32,000 nucleotides of DNA from Isachenkonia alkalipeptolytica (GCF_009910325.1 NZ_SUMG01000023.1:5141-37140); one strand, 5' to 3'; numbered from the stretch's first letter, positions 16,874 to 25,011 are shown. A program made the numbers and translations. Notes: a model not told the origin generated them from the letters alone.

Positions 16874-16900
16874 TTATCGACAGAAACCCCCGATGCCTTA
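16874..16900 (-). promoter_or_regulatory. Sigma-D-type promoter for the FliK-like/FlhB-C operon
   Basis: On the minus strand, TAAG, a 15-nt spacer, then GTCGATAA. Confidence 0.55.
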
Positions 16901-16926
16901 ACGAAAGATTCCCGAGAAATTTCCCC

Positions 16927-16953
16927 TAAACATTTTTACAGTGGCGCCGATAG
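16927..16953 (+). promoter_or_regulatory. Sigma-D-type promoter for the DUF327 gene
   Basis: On the plus strand, TAAA, a 15-nt spacer, then GCCGATAG. This is a near-consensus match. Confidence 0.65.
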
Positions 16954-17041
16954 TAATAGTAGGTTATAATGGGAGAACATCTAAAAAAATAAAGGGAAAC
17001 AAACTGCAATTTTCAGTTATATATATATCGGAGGTCTAGTT

Positions 17042-17491
17042 ATGGATAACAATATCAACTCAATCGGCTCCATTGAATCCTTTCCCGGCTTTGAAGAGAC
17101 CAAAAGTCGCAAGGAAGTGCAAAAACAGGAGTTTTTAACGAAATTTCAGGAAATCAAATCCGACGATGTCAGAAATCATCTGGAGAGTTTATATGACAAA
17201 ATTTCCAAGCAGTCGGATCGCATCGGAGATAAGCTTCATCTCTCCGAAGTGATTAAATATAAAGGCCTGGTTCAGGAGTTTTTGGATGTGGCGGTGAAAA
17301 ATTCCCACCACTTTGAAAAACAAAACTTTCTGGATAAGCGGGGCCGCCACCGGGTATACAGCATTGTGAAAAATGTGGACCGGGAGCTGGATCATTTAAC
17401 CAAGGAGTTTTTAAACCAGGAAGTGGACCGGATTTCTGTGCTTCGAAAGCTCGATGATATCAAGGGCATGCTGATCGACGTTTTTATGTAA
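17042..17491 (+). CDS. YaaR/DUF327-family protein
   Basis: 149 aa. The segments YKGLVQEFLDVAV, RGRHRVYSIVKNVDRELDHLT and IKGMLIDVFM are collinear with B. subtilis YaaR as I recall it. A GGAGG RBS is present. Confidence 0.85.
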   Translation: MDNNINSIGSIESFPGFEETKSRKEVQKQEFLTKFQEIKSDDVRNHLESLYDKISKQSDRIGDKLHLSEVIKYKGLVQEFLDVAVKNSHHFEKQNFLDKRGRHRVYSIVKNVDRELDHLTKEFLNQEVDRISVLRKLDDIKGMLIDVFM

Positions 17492-17496
17492 TTTTT

Positions 17497-17577
17497 GTAC
17501 CAGGGGGTCGGACCCCGTGGTACACTTTTGAATATAAAGCGCATTTTTGTACCACGGGGTCCGACCCCCTGGTACAC
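17497..17577. repeat. Dispersed palindromic element, locus 2; two copies
   Basis: GTACCAGGGGGTCGGACCCCGTGGTACAC (17497-17525), a 23-nt spacer, then GTACCACGGGGTCCGACCCCCTGGTACAC (17549-17577). It starts 6 nt after the DUF327 stop codon. Confidence 0.9.
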
Positions 17578-17653
17578 TTTTGGCCATCGCTACCATTGAT
17601 ACATAGATCAAGGACCCCAGGGCTTTGTCAGCAGGCTGAATAGCCGGACATAT

Positions 17654-17701
17654 AAAAAAAAGCGAGGAAGCTTCTACTTAGTAGAGTTCTTCGCTTTTTT
17701 T
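17654..17701. terminator. Bidirectional terminator between the convergent DUF327 gene and prfB
   Basis: A8, then the hairpin AGCGAGGAAGCTTCTAC-TTA-GTAGAGTTCTTCGCT, then T7. Confidence 0.7.
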
Positions 17702-17722
17702 ATGGATTTTTGCAGACGCCGG

Positions 17723-17794
17723 CGGCTCATGCAGCTCTTGCGGCTCATGCAGCTCTTGCGGCGCTTGCAGATAGTGCGGCTCTTATTACTCCTC
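17723..17794. repeat. 18-bp tandem array of about 4 units (GCGGCTCATGCAGCTCTT)
   Basis: Two units are identical and two are degenerate. The last unit overlaps the prfB stop codon. Confidence 0.7.
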
Positions 17795-18893
17795 CGCCCG
17801 CTTTCCTTGCAGATAAGCGATAATGAAGGGATCGATCGCCCCGTCCATCACGGCGGAAATGTTTCCGCTTTCCTCGCCGGTGCGGTGATCCTTCGCCAAG
17901 TTATAAGGATTGAATACATAGGAGCGGATTTGGGATCCCCAGGCGATTTCCGTGTATTCCCCCTGAAGATCTTCAATATGCTCTTTTTGCTCCTGCTCTT
18001 TGATATCGATCAGTTTTGCCATCAGCATTTTCATCGCTGCGTCCTTATTGCTGTGCTGGGAGCGCTGATTTTGGCACTGGACCACAACCCCTGTGGGAAG
18101 GTGGGTGATCCGAACGGCGGAGTCCGTCTTATTGACGTGCTGCCCTCCGGCGCCGCTGGCCCGGTAAGTGTCAATTTTCAAGTTCTTCGGATCGATGTTG
18201 ACCTTCACGTCCTCATCCATCTCCGGCATCACGTCCACCGAAGCAAAGGAGGTGTGGCGTTTCCCCGAGGAATCGAAGGGGGAGATCCGAACCAGGCGAT
18301 GGACCCCTTTTTCACTCCGAAGGTACCCGTAGGCATTTTCTCCTTTAACGAGAATCGTGGCACTTTTAATCCCCGCCTCGGGATCCTGAATATAGTCCAG
18401 AATTTCCACACTGTATCCATGGCCTTCCGCCCAGCGGGTATACATTCGAAGAAGCATTTTTGCCCAGTCCTGGGCATCCAGGCCCCCGGTTCCCGAGTTG
18501 ATGGCGAGGATGGCGTTGTTCTTGTCGTATTTTCCCGTAAGCAGCAACTGCAGTCGTTTTTTCTCCAGATTTTGTTCTAACTTCTCCAGCTCCCGGTAAA
18601 ATTCCTTCTCAAAGCTTTCGTCTCCATCTTCGATGAAGCTGAGCATCATCTCCAGCTCTTCCAAATCCTTTACCAGTTTATTATAGTATTCGATTTCCTC
18701 TTTGTAGCGGTTGGCGGCCTTGACGATTTTTCGAGCCTCCTCGGGATCGTCCCAGAAGCCCTCCTCGGTCATTTTAAAGTCCAGCTCCTCCGTTTTTTCC
18801 TTCAGATTTTCTATGTCAAAGAGAAACCCTCACTTCTTCCAAAGTCTCTTGAAGCTCTTGCAATTTTTGTTGATACTGATCAGTATTAATCAT
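17786..18893 (-). CDS. prfB: Peptide chain release factor 2, expressed through a programmed +1 frameshift
   Basis: Frame 0 reads MINTDQYQQKLQELQETLEEVRVSL and ends at an in-frame TGA (18818-18816) within CTT TGA C. The +1 frame continues DIENLKEKTEELDFKMTEEGFWDD and runs into the 328-aa ORF, which carries SGAGGQHVNKTDSAVRITH (the GGQ motif) and SPF. Confidence 0.95.
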
Positions 18894-18978
18894 TAAATGG
18901 CCTCCTTAACTGTTCTCGAACTAACGCTTTTTTCCTTAAGGGATTTTTATTTCCCGATGCTAAAAGTATACCGAGGGT

Positions 18979-19017
18979 AAAAGTGTACCAGGGGGTCCGA
19001 CCCCCTGGTACACTTTT
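18979..19017. repeat. Dispersed palindromic element, locus 3; a single perfect copy
   Basis: AAAA-GTGTACCAGGGGGTC-C-GACCCCCTGGTACAC-TTTT has two perfect 15-nt arms. It lies in the 159-nt secA-prfB spacer. Confidence 0.9.
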
Positions 19018-19052
19018 GACCTACGGGTAGAAACGGGTACAAAAATGCCCTG

Positions 19053-21728
19053 TTACTCATTTTTCCCGTGGCACTTTTTATATTTCTTGCCGCTGCCGCA
19101 GGGGCAGGGATCGTTTCGTCCCACCCGCTCCCCTTTGACCACGGTCTTTTGCTGTGCCTTCCCGTGGCTGGCGGTGGAGGGCTTTGCGACGGCTTTTCGT
19201 TCTATGGTGGATTCCGGGTCAATTCTAAAGAGGTACTTCACCGTATCCTCCTGAATACTGTGGGTCATAGCCTGGAACATTTCATAACCCTCTACCTGAT
19301 AGGCCCGGACCGGGTCCTGCTGGCCGATGGCCCGAAGGTTGATTCCCTGCTTTAACTGGTCCATATCATCGATATGGTCCATCCACTTCTGGTCGATGAT
19401 TCGAAGCAGGATGATCCGCTCCACTTCCCGCATCCGTTCTTCGCCGACTTCTTCTTCCTTCTCAGTGTACACTTCCCGCGCGGTGTTTAGAATGATTTCC
19501 CTTAAGGATTCCCGGGTAAGGTCTTCAATGTCGCCGAAGTCCAGGCGATCCTTGGGCAGGAACTGCCCGGTTAAATAGTCCTTCAGACCGTCTAAATCCC
19601 ACTCTTCCGGGAACTGTCCGTCGGCGGTGTAGATTTCCACAGCGCCGTTTACCAACTCTTCTACCATACCGAAGATATGGTCTTTCATATTCTCGCCTTC
19701 CAGCACCTTTTGACGCTCATTGTAAATAACTTCCCGCTGTTTGTTCATCACATCGTCGTACTGCAGGACATGTTTACGGATGGAGAAGTTCTTGCCCTCC
19801 ACTTTCTTTTGGGCATTTTCGATGGAATTGCTGAGCATACGGTTTTCAATGGCCTGATCCTCTTCGATCCCCAGTTTTTCCACCATACCCTGCATTCGCT
19901 CTCCCCCGAAGAGGCGCATTAAATCGTCCTCTAAGGAGATGAAAAATCTTGAGGATCCCGGGTCTCCCTGACGACCGGCCCGTCCTCGAAGCTGATTGTC
20001 GATCCGTCGGGACTCATGCCGTTCCGTACCGATGATATGAAGGCCTCCGACCTTGATCACCTCTTTGTTTTCCTGATCGGTTTCCTCTTTATACTGTTCA
20101 AAATACAAGTCGTATTTTCTCTTGGCATCCAATAAGTCCTGATCCGTAAGCTCCTGGGCGCCGGTGACTTCATTGATGATCTCATCGGAGTAACCGTTCT
20201 TTCGCATGGCTTTTCTTGCTAAGAACTCCGGGTTTCCTCCAAGGATAATGTCGGTACCACGGCCGGCCATGTTGGTGGCAATGGTCACCGCCCCTTTTCG
20301 TCCCGCCTGGGCCACAATTTCCGCTTCCCTATCATGCTGCTTGGCATTCAGGACTTCATGGGTGATGCCTTTTTTCTTCAATCTACCGGAAAGATCCTCG
20401 GAGTTTTCAATGGAAATGGTACCCACCAGCATGGGCTGTCCATCCTTATGAAGCTCGGCGATCTCTTCGATTAAGGCTGCAAACTTGCCTTCCACGGTTT
20501 TATAGATCACATCGGGATGGTCCTTTCGAATAACCGGTTTGTTCGTGGGAATTTCCACAACGTCCATGCCGTATATGGCTAAGAACTCATCCTCTTCGGT
20601 TTTGGCGGTACCGGTCATACCGGCGAGTTTATCATACATTCTAAAGTAGTTTTGAAAGGTGATGCTGGCCAGGGTCTTGGACTCCCGGCGAACTTCGAGC
20701 TTTTCCTTCGCTTCAATGGCCTGGTGCAGTCCGTCGGAGTAGCGCCGTCCAAACATCAATCGACCCGTAAAGTCGTCGACGATCACCACTTCCCCGTCCT
20801 TTACCACATAGTCCCGGTCCCGGCGCATTAAGGTTCGCGCCTTTAGGGCCTGGTTGATATGGTGGGCCAGGGTCATATGCTCGGGGTCCGACAGGTTATC
20901 AATCCCAAAGGCCTTTTCCGCCTTTTCCACCCCTTCTTCCGTTAAGGTTACACTTTTTGCCTTTTCCTCGATGGTGTAATCCTCTTCATCCTTTAACATT
21001 CGGGCAAATTGATCGGCGGAGCTGTAGATCCCCGTGGATTTATCCCCTTTACCGGAAATAATCAGAGGGGTTCTGGCCTCATCGATTAAGATGGAGTCCA
21101 CCTCATCAATGATGGCAAAATGTTGTCCCCGCTGCACCATTTCATCTTTGTAAATAACCATGTTATCCCGAAGGTAATCAAAGCCGAACTCGTTATTGGT
21201 ACCATAGGTCACATCACAGCTGTACTGCTCTTTTCGAAAATCTTTTTTCTGACCATGGACGATTACCCCCACCGTGAGGCCTAAGTACTCATAGAGTTTT
21301 CCCATCCATTCCTTGTCACGCTCGGCTAAGTAATCGTTTACCGTAATCACGTGGGCGCCTTTTCCTTCAATGGCATTTAAGTATACTGCCAACGGGGCTA
21401 CCAAAGTTTTACCTTCCCCGGTTTTCATCTCGGCGATCCGTCCTTCATGGAGCACGATCCCCCCATAAAGCTGGACCCGATAGTGGGTCAGTCCCAGGAC
21501 CCGAGTGGAGGCCTCCCGTACCGTGGCAAAGGCTTCCGGCAGGATATCCTCTAAGCTTTCGCCCCCCTGCAACCGTTTTTTAAACTCTTCCGTCTTTCCC
21601 CTAAGGGCCTCTTCGCTAAGACTTTTATACTCCTCGGCCAAAGCTTCCACCGCATCCACTTTGCTGTCCATCTTTTTCAATTCCCGCTCGCTCTGGCTGC
21701 CAAACAATTTCTCAAACATTTTTTTCAT
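19053..21728 (-). CDS. secA: Preprotein translocase ATPase SecA
   Basis: 891 aa with [11 protein letters not shown] (Walker A), [19 protein letters not shown], and the C-terminal zinc-binding tail [18 protein letters not shown]. Confidence 0.97.
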   Translation of the reverse strand: MKKMFEKLFGSQSERELKKMDSKVDAVEALAEEYKSLSEEALRGKTEEFKKRLQGGESLEDILPEAFATVREASTRVLGLTHYRVQLYGGIVLHEGRIAEMKTGEGKTLVAPLAVYLNAIEGKGAHVITVNDYLAERDKEWMGKLYEYLGLTVGVIVHGQKKDFRKEQYSCDVTYGTNNEFGFDYLRDNMVIYKDEMVQRGQHFAIIDEVDSILIDEARTPLIISGKGDKSTGIYSSADQFARMLKDEEDYTIEEKAKSVTLTEEGVEKAEKAFGIDNLSDPEHMTLAHHINQALKARTLMRRDRDYVVKDGEVVIVDDFTGRLMFGRRYSDGLHQAIEAKEKLEVRRESKTLASITFQNYFRMYDKLAGMTGTAKTEEDEFLAIYGMDVVEIPTNKPVIRKDHPDVIYKTVEGKFAALIEEIAELHKDGQPMLVGTISIENSEDLSGRLKKKGITHEVLNAKQHDREAEIVAQAGRKGAVTIATNMAGRGTDIILGGNPEFLARKAMRKNGYSDEIINEVTGAQELTDQDLLDAKRKYDLYFEQYKEETDQENKEVIKVGGLHIIGTERHESRRIDNQLRGRAGRQGDPGSSRFFISLEDDLMRLFGGERMQGMVEKLGIEEDQAIENRMLSNSIENAQKKVEGKNFSIRKHVLQYDDVMNKQREVIYNERQKVLEGENMKDHIFGMVEELVNGAVEIYTADGQFPEEWDLDGLKDYLTGQFLPKDRLDFGDIEDLTRESLREIILNTAREVYTEKEEEVGEERMREVERIILLRIIDQKWMDHIDDMDQLKQGINLRAIGQQDPVRAYQVEGYEMFQAMTHSIQEDTVKYLFRIDPESTIERKAVAKPSTASHGKAQQKTVVKGERVGRNDPCPCGSGKKYKKCHGKNE

Positions 21729-22051
21729 GGTTCCACACCTCTCACTGTTTCATTTAGTTACGCACTACTATTTAATTTACTATGGATTGTAATTATCCTT
21801 TACAAACATACTATACCGCCAACAAAACAGCCGACAAACCTTGATTAGAGGCAAAGTACTTCCCGGCGGCTTTTTCCCAATCTTCGGTTTATTAATGTCC
21901 AGTTCTTTACTGCCATATTTTCATATTCCGGGGGATTCCCATAATGATTGAATCCTTCCAACAGAATTATTCATAGTCCTATTCATTTTATCATTAATCC
22001 CAAACAGACACAAATTTTTAGCCTTGCCCTCCTCGGACTGTTGCGGGAAAG

Positions 22052-22083
22052 AAAAAAAGATCAAAGGAGCCCCCTGATCTTTT
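22052..22083 (-). terminator. Candidate terminator about 200 nt downstream of the DUF5317-like gene
   Basis: On the minus strand the hairpin GAUCAGGGGGCUCCUUUGAUC is followed by U7. Confidence 0.5.
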
Positions 22084-22088
22084 CCGTC

Positions 22089-22272
22089 CTGCTATGCCTT
22101 CTATACCCTTGCTATGCCGTTGCTATGTCTTTGTTATTCCTTTGTTATTCCTTTGTTATTCCTTTGTTATACCCTTGTTATTCCTTTGTTATTCCTTTGT
22201 TATTCCTTTGTTATACCCTTGCTATGCCGTTGCTATGTCTTTGTTATGCCTTCGTTATGCCTTCGCTATCCC
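22089..22272. repeat. Hierarchical tandem array: about 17 units of 10-12 bp, nested in a 44-bp unit (x2) and a 110-bp repeat
   Basis: The base units are TTTGTTATTCC and TTGCTATGCCG. The 44-bp block at 22131-22174 is identical to 22175-22218. The 36-mer at 22102-22137 is identical to 22212-22247. Confidence 0.9.
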
Positions 22273-22286
22273 TCAGGGAATGATCC

Positions 22287-22886
22287 CTAGCGGAACCGCT
22301 CTCTTTGATGATCAAACCGCACCGAGCGAAAACGACTGGTAACCTTGGTCATGGCCCGCTGGACTAAAAAGAATACGCCCACAGCAATAAAAACATCCCC
22401 GGGACTGAAGACCTGGCTGAAGGGATAGATCTCCGGCGTGGCCAGAAACTTCCCTAAGTTCGCGGTGAATCCTTCCACGGCTTCGATGTTGATATAGTTA
22501 TGAAGGGTCCCCGCCTGGAGGCTGGTTTCCATGCTGACCATCCCCGCTTGCTCAAGGGCCTCGGGATCTAAGGGCATGCGCCCGTCATTCAGAACAATGG
22601 CGGTGAAATTCGACAGGGTGCCGAACAAAATCAGCCATACGGACCGGTATTGCAGGTTGAAAAATAAAACAACAAACAGCAGTAAATATATGCCGATCTT
22701 CAGATACAAAAGATTTTCCACAACAAAATCATTGCCGAAAAAGACCAAAAGGGAGGTAACCACATAGCCTAAAAATCCGATAATCAAAATTACCGGAAGC
22801 TTCAATGCAAATCTTCCCAGATTTTTAAAGCTTCCGCTACGGAGTTTTCCCAGGATCAAGCCTAATAAAATAGCTTCCACTACCAC
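22287..22886 (-). CDS. DUF5317-like integral membrane protein
   Basis: 199 aa with about 5 TM segments, the segment VLNDGRMPLDPEAL and a SPGD motif. The family assignment is from memory and is unverified. Confidence 0.65.
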   Translation of the reverse strand: MVVEAILLGLILGKLRSGSFKNLGRFALKLPVILIIGFLGYVVTSLLVFFGNDFVVENLLYLKIGIYLLLFVVLFFNLQYRSVWLILFGTLSNFTAIVLNDGRMPLDPEALEQAGMVSMETSLQAGTLHNYINIEAVEGFTANLGKFLATPEIYPFSQVFSPGDVFIAVGVFFLVQRAMTKVTSRFRSVRFDHQRERFR

Positions 22887-23042
22887 AGTAATCGAACTTC
22901 CTTTCTCTAACGATTAATCTTACTCGCTTATTTCTCGCTTATTTTCTATTCTACTATAATTCTCTCCTTAACACTAATTCTTCATAACTTTTATTATTCC
23001 TGCTTTTTATGCTGAGTTTTTTTTAGCTTTTTTTACCCCCGC

Positions 23043-23069
23043 AAAAAAGGAGCCCGGTGTACAGGCTCC
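23043..23069 (-). terminator. Rho-independent terminator of hpf
   Basis: On the minus strand GGAGCC-UGUACACCG-GGCUCC is followed by U6. Confidence 0.8.
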
Positions 23070-23176
23070 AATTCATTGTTTTATCACTGTGATCGCTTCA
23101 AATAGTTCCTTGTTCTTTTTTCTATTTCTATCTTTCTATTTTTATCTTTCTGTTTTAGTTTTAGTTAAGAAAACCC

Positions 23177-23710
23177 CTAATCGTATTCCGGTTCGATCAA
23201 TCCGTAGTCTCCGTCATTTCTTTTGTATACCACGTTTACCTCGTCGGTCTCACCGTTGGCGAAGACAAAGAAATTATGGCCCAAAAGTTCCATTTGCAGA
23301 ACCGCTTCCTCAGCGTCCATGGGTTTCACCGCAAACCGCTTGGTTTTAACGATTTTCCCTTCTTTCTCCTCCTCCTGAGGCTGATAGTCCAAAATGTTCT
23401 CAAATCGGAAAGCTCCTTTTTTGTGCTTTTCCTGAAGTTTTGCTTTGTGTTTTTTCAATTGCCGGGTCAACTTATCCACAACTCCGTCTATAGATGCATA
23501 CATATCATCAGTGTCGTGTTCCGCCCGTAGAATCGATCCGCTTACGGGAATGGTTACCTCAATAATTTGTCGTTCCTTTTCAACCGACAGGGTTACCTGG
23601 GCCTCCATATCCTCATGGAAAAACTTATCTAGCTTGGAAAGCTTTGATTCAATCGTCTCCTTTAGAGCGTTGGTTACTCCTACATTTTTTCCGCTAATAA
23701 TTGCTTTCAT
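23177..23710 (-). CDS. hpf: Ribosome hibernation-promoting factor, long form (YvyD/RaiA family)
   Basis: 177 aa with an N-terminal S30AE domain (ITGKNV.VT.ALK..IE.KL.KL.KF). The C-terminal dimerization domain reads IVKTKRF.VKPM..EEAVLQMELLGH.FFVF.N.ET.EVNVVYKR.DG.YGLIEP. Confidence 0.95.
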   Translation of the reverse strand: MKAIISGKNVGVTNALKETIESKLSKLDKFFHEDMEAQVTLSVEKERQIIEVTIPVSGSILRAEHDTDDMYASIDGVVDKLTRQLKKHKAKLQEKHKKGAFRFENILDYQPQEEEKEGKIVKTKRFAVKPMDAEEAVLQMELLGHNFFVFANGETDEVNVVYKRNDGDYGLIEPEYD

Positions 23711-23910
23711 ATACAGCTCCCCTTCCTAATTGTGATTCACTTAATAAGGGTTCACCCCTTAAAATGTGTTTAAAATGTAAGTGGTTCTTCGGTGTTATCA
23801 TAATCTTTACCCAGGATTGTTCAGTACAAACACCTTTCCTGAGAAACCCCGAAGTATTTGTCGAAACTGTATATTTATTATTATTCTATGGAATTTGACC
23901 CGGAAAAATC

Positions 23911-24083
23911 TTATCCCAAATTTCCTGTGGGTAAATCCTGTAACCCTGTGGGTGAATTTCCGATTTTCCTGTGGATAATGTGGACGGTTTTGTGCACAAC
24001 TGTATATTCCGGATTTTTTCTGTGTATAACTCTGTGAAAAACCGCATTAATCTATGCACAGTTTTTTTAAAGACTGTGTACAG
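23911..24083 (-). promoter_or_regulatory. Cluster of co-oriented DnaA-box-like 9-mers
   Basis: On the plus strand, the perfect box TGTGGATAA is at 23970-23978. One-mismatch boxes are TGTGGGTAA (23926-23934) and TGTGTATAA (24021-24029). Two-mismatch boxes are at 23947, 23991 and 24033, with weaker ones at 23911 and 24075. The three 3'-most boxes share the sequence T(T/C)A(T/C)CCACAGG and are spaced 21-23 bp apart. Confidence 0.45.
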
Positions 24084-24192
24084 TTCTTCGAAAAATAGGT
24101 TTTTCCGATGAAAGCCTTCTTTCTTACTTATCATTTATTAAAATCATTCATGGATTATACAGAATACGACATTTTTTACGCCTTTACTCTTT

Positions 24193-25011
24193 TTACTCCT
24201 CCACTCTTCGGGCGTGCACCACAAAACGGGCATCGTCATATTCATAGGTGCAGGTGGATAAAGTAAGGAGGTGATCCTCTGCACTGACCTTTACATCGCT
24301 GTCAAACTTCCGCCGTTCAATAATGGAATCTAAAAATACTTCGAAGTCTTCATCCTCGGGAAAGCGGGTTTCGATAAAATAAAAATCGATGCTGGTCACA
24401 TATACGGAAAAAATCTCAAAGGTGTGGGTTCCGTATTGATCCGTTACCTCAAAGGTGGGGTTTTCCCTGAAATACGCTTCATCTTTATAATTCATCAAAT
24501 TTTGAAACATGGATCCGTCCTGGCGATGGTGGCCATATAAAATGGTATGGGTTTTTCTTTCTTCAAGGCCTAAGGGATCATTACGATAATCCATAAAGAT
24601 GGCACCGGCGGAGTTATCCTGTCCCAACCAGTCTCTTTTTAGATAAAATTCATTATCCTCGGCCTGAACTACGGGGTAATCAATTTCTGTTCCCGCAACC
24701 TCGATCCAACCCACCACCTCGGGATTTTTCTCTTGAAGCTCCTGAATAAAGGGGAGGGCTTCCTTGGGCGCTTCATCTGTTGCTTCTCTTTCCCATCCGA
24801 TGGTTATAGCATCCTGCTGATAAAAATCTTCGGACTCACTCTCCCGGCTCTCCCGGGCAATTTTCCGGGCTTCTTCCACGGCCTGTTCATTGTTGTATTG
24901 ATCCCTCCAGCGAAAACCCAGGCCCACCAGGGAAAACAGTAACAGCGCAAGGGAAATTCCCAGCAGCAGATTTTTTTTATAATCTTTTTTATTATTTTTA
25001 TTATTATCCAC
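24193..25011 (-). CDS. srtB: Class B sortase
   Basis: 272 aa from a GTG start with a GGAAGGTG RBS. It has an N-terminal TM anchor, HTILYGHH, and the catalytic motif LLTLSTCTY with a downstream Arg (HARR). Confidence 0.85.
   Translation of the reverse strand: MDNNKNNKKDYKKNLLLGISLALLLFSLVGLGFRWRDQYNNEQAVEEARKIARESRESESEDFYQQDAITIGWEREATDEAPKEALPFIQELQEKNPEVVGWIEVAGTEIDYPVVQAEDNEFYLKRDWLGQDNSAGAIFMDYRNDPLGLEERKTHTILYGHHRQDGSMFQNLMNYKDEAYFRENPTFEVTDQYGTHTFEIFSVYVTSIDFYFIETRFPEDEDFEVFLDSIIERRKFDSDVKVSAEDHLLTLSTCTYEYDDARFVVHARRVEE

Noticed and set aside
17702-18580. 292-aa plus-strand ORF antisense to prfB
   Set aside because: It begins in the 18-bp GC-rich repeat and overlaps the RF2 coding region, which has unmistakable GGQ and SPF motifs. 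Its composition is a mirror-frame artefact.
1181-22272. CRISPR interpretation of the tandem arrays
   Set aside because: The units are contiguous with no unique spacers. They are only 10-20 bp long, no cas genes are present, and each array has a different unit.
21948-22342. Plus-strand ORFs (111 and 82 aa) rich in LLFLCYSFVIPLL repeats
   Set aside because: They are artefacts of the 11/44-bp tandem array, for the same reasons given above.
23752-23775. Sigma-B-type promoter (TTTTAA-N12-GGGTGA) for hpf
   Set aside because: The match is partial, and the presence of sigma-B in this organism is unknown. It is mentioned only within a finding.
23857-23866. Spo0A box TTTGTCGAAA as a regulatory feature
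   Set aside because: It is a single occurrence of a 7-nt core that is expected by chance several times in 32 kb. On its own this is insufficient.
23872-24083. Calling the DnaA-box cluster the chromosomal oriC
   Set aside because: No dnaA, dnaN or rpmH gene is nearby. Gene orientation does not switch here, because srtB and the flaG operon to the right are still on the minus strand. The AT-rich tract is short, and only one box is perfect. It is kept as a finding, not as an origin call.
23886-24134. 82-aa minus-strand ORF in the hpf upstream region
   Set aside because: It overlaps the DnaA-box-like repeats, has no RBS and shows no family resemblance. It is more likely non-coding regulatory DNA.
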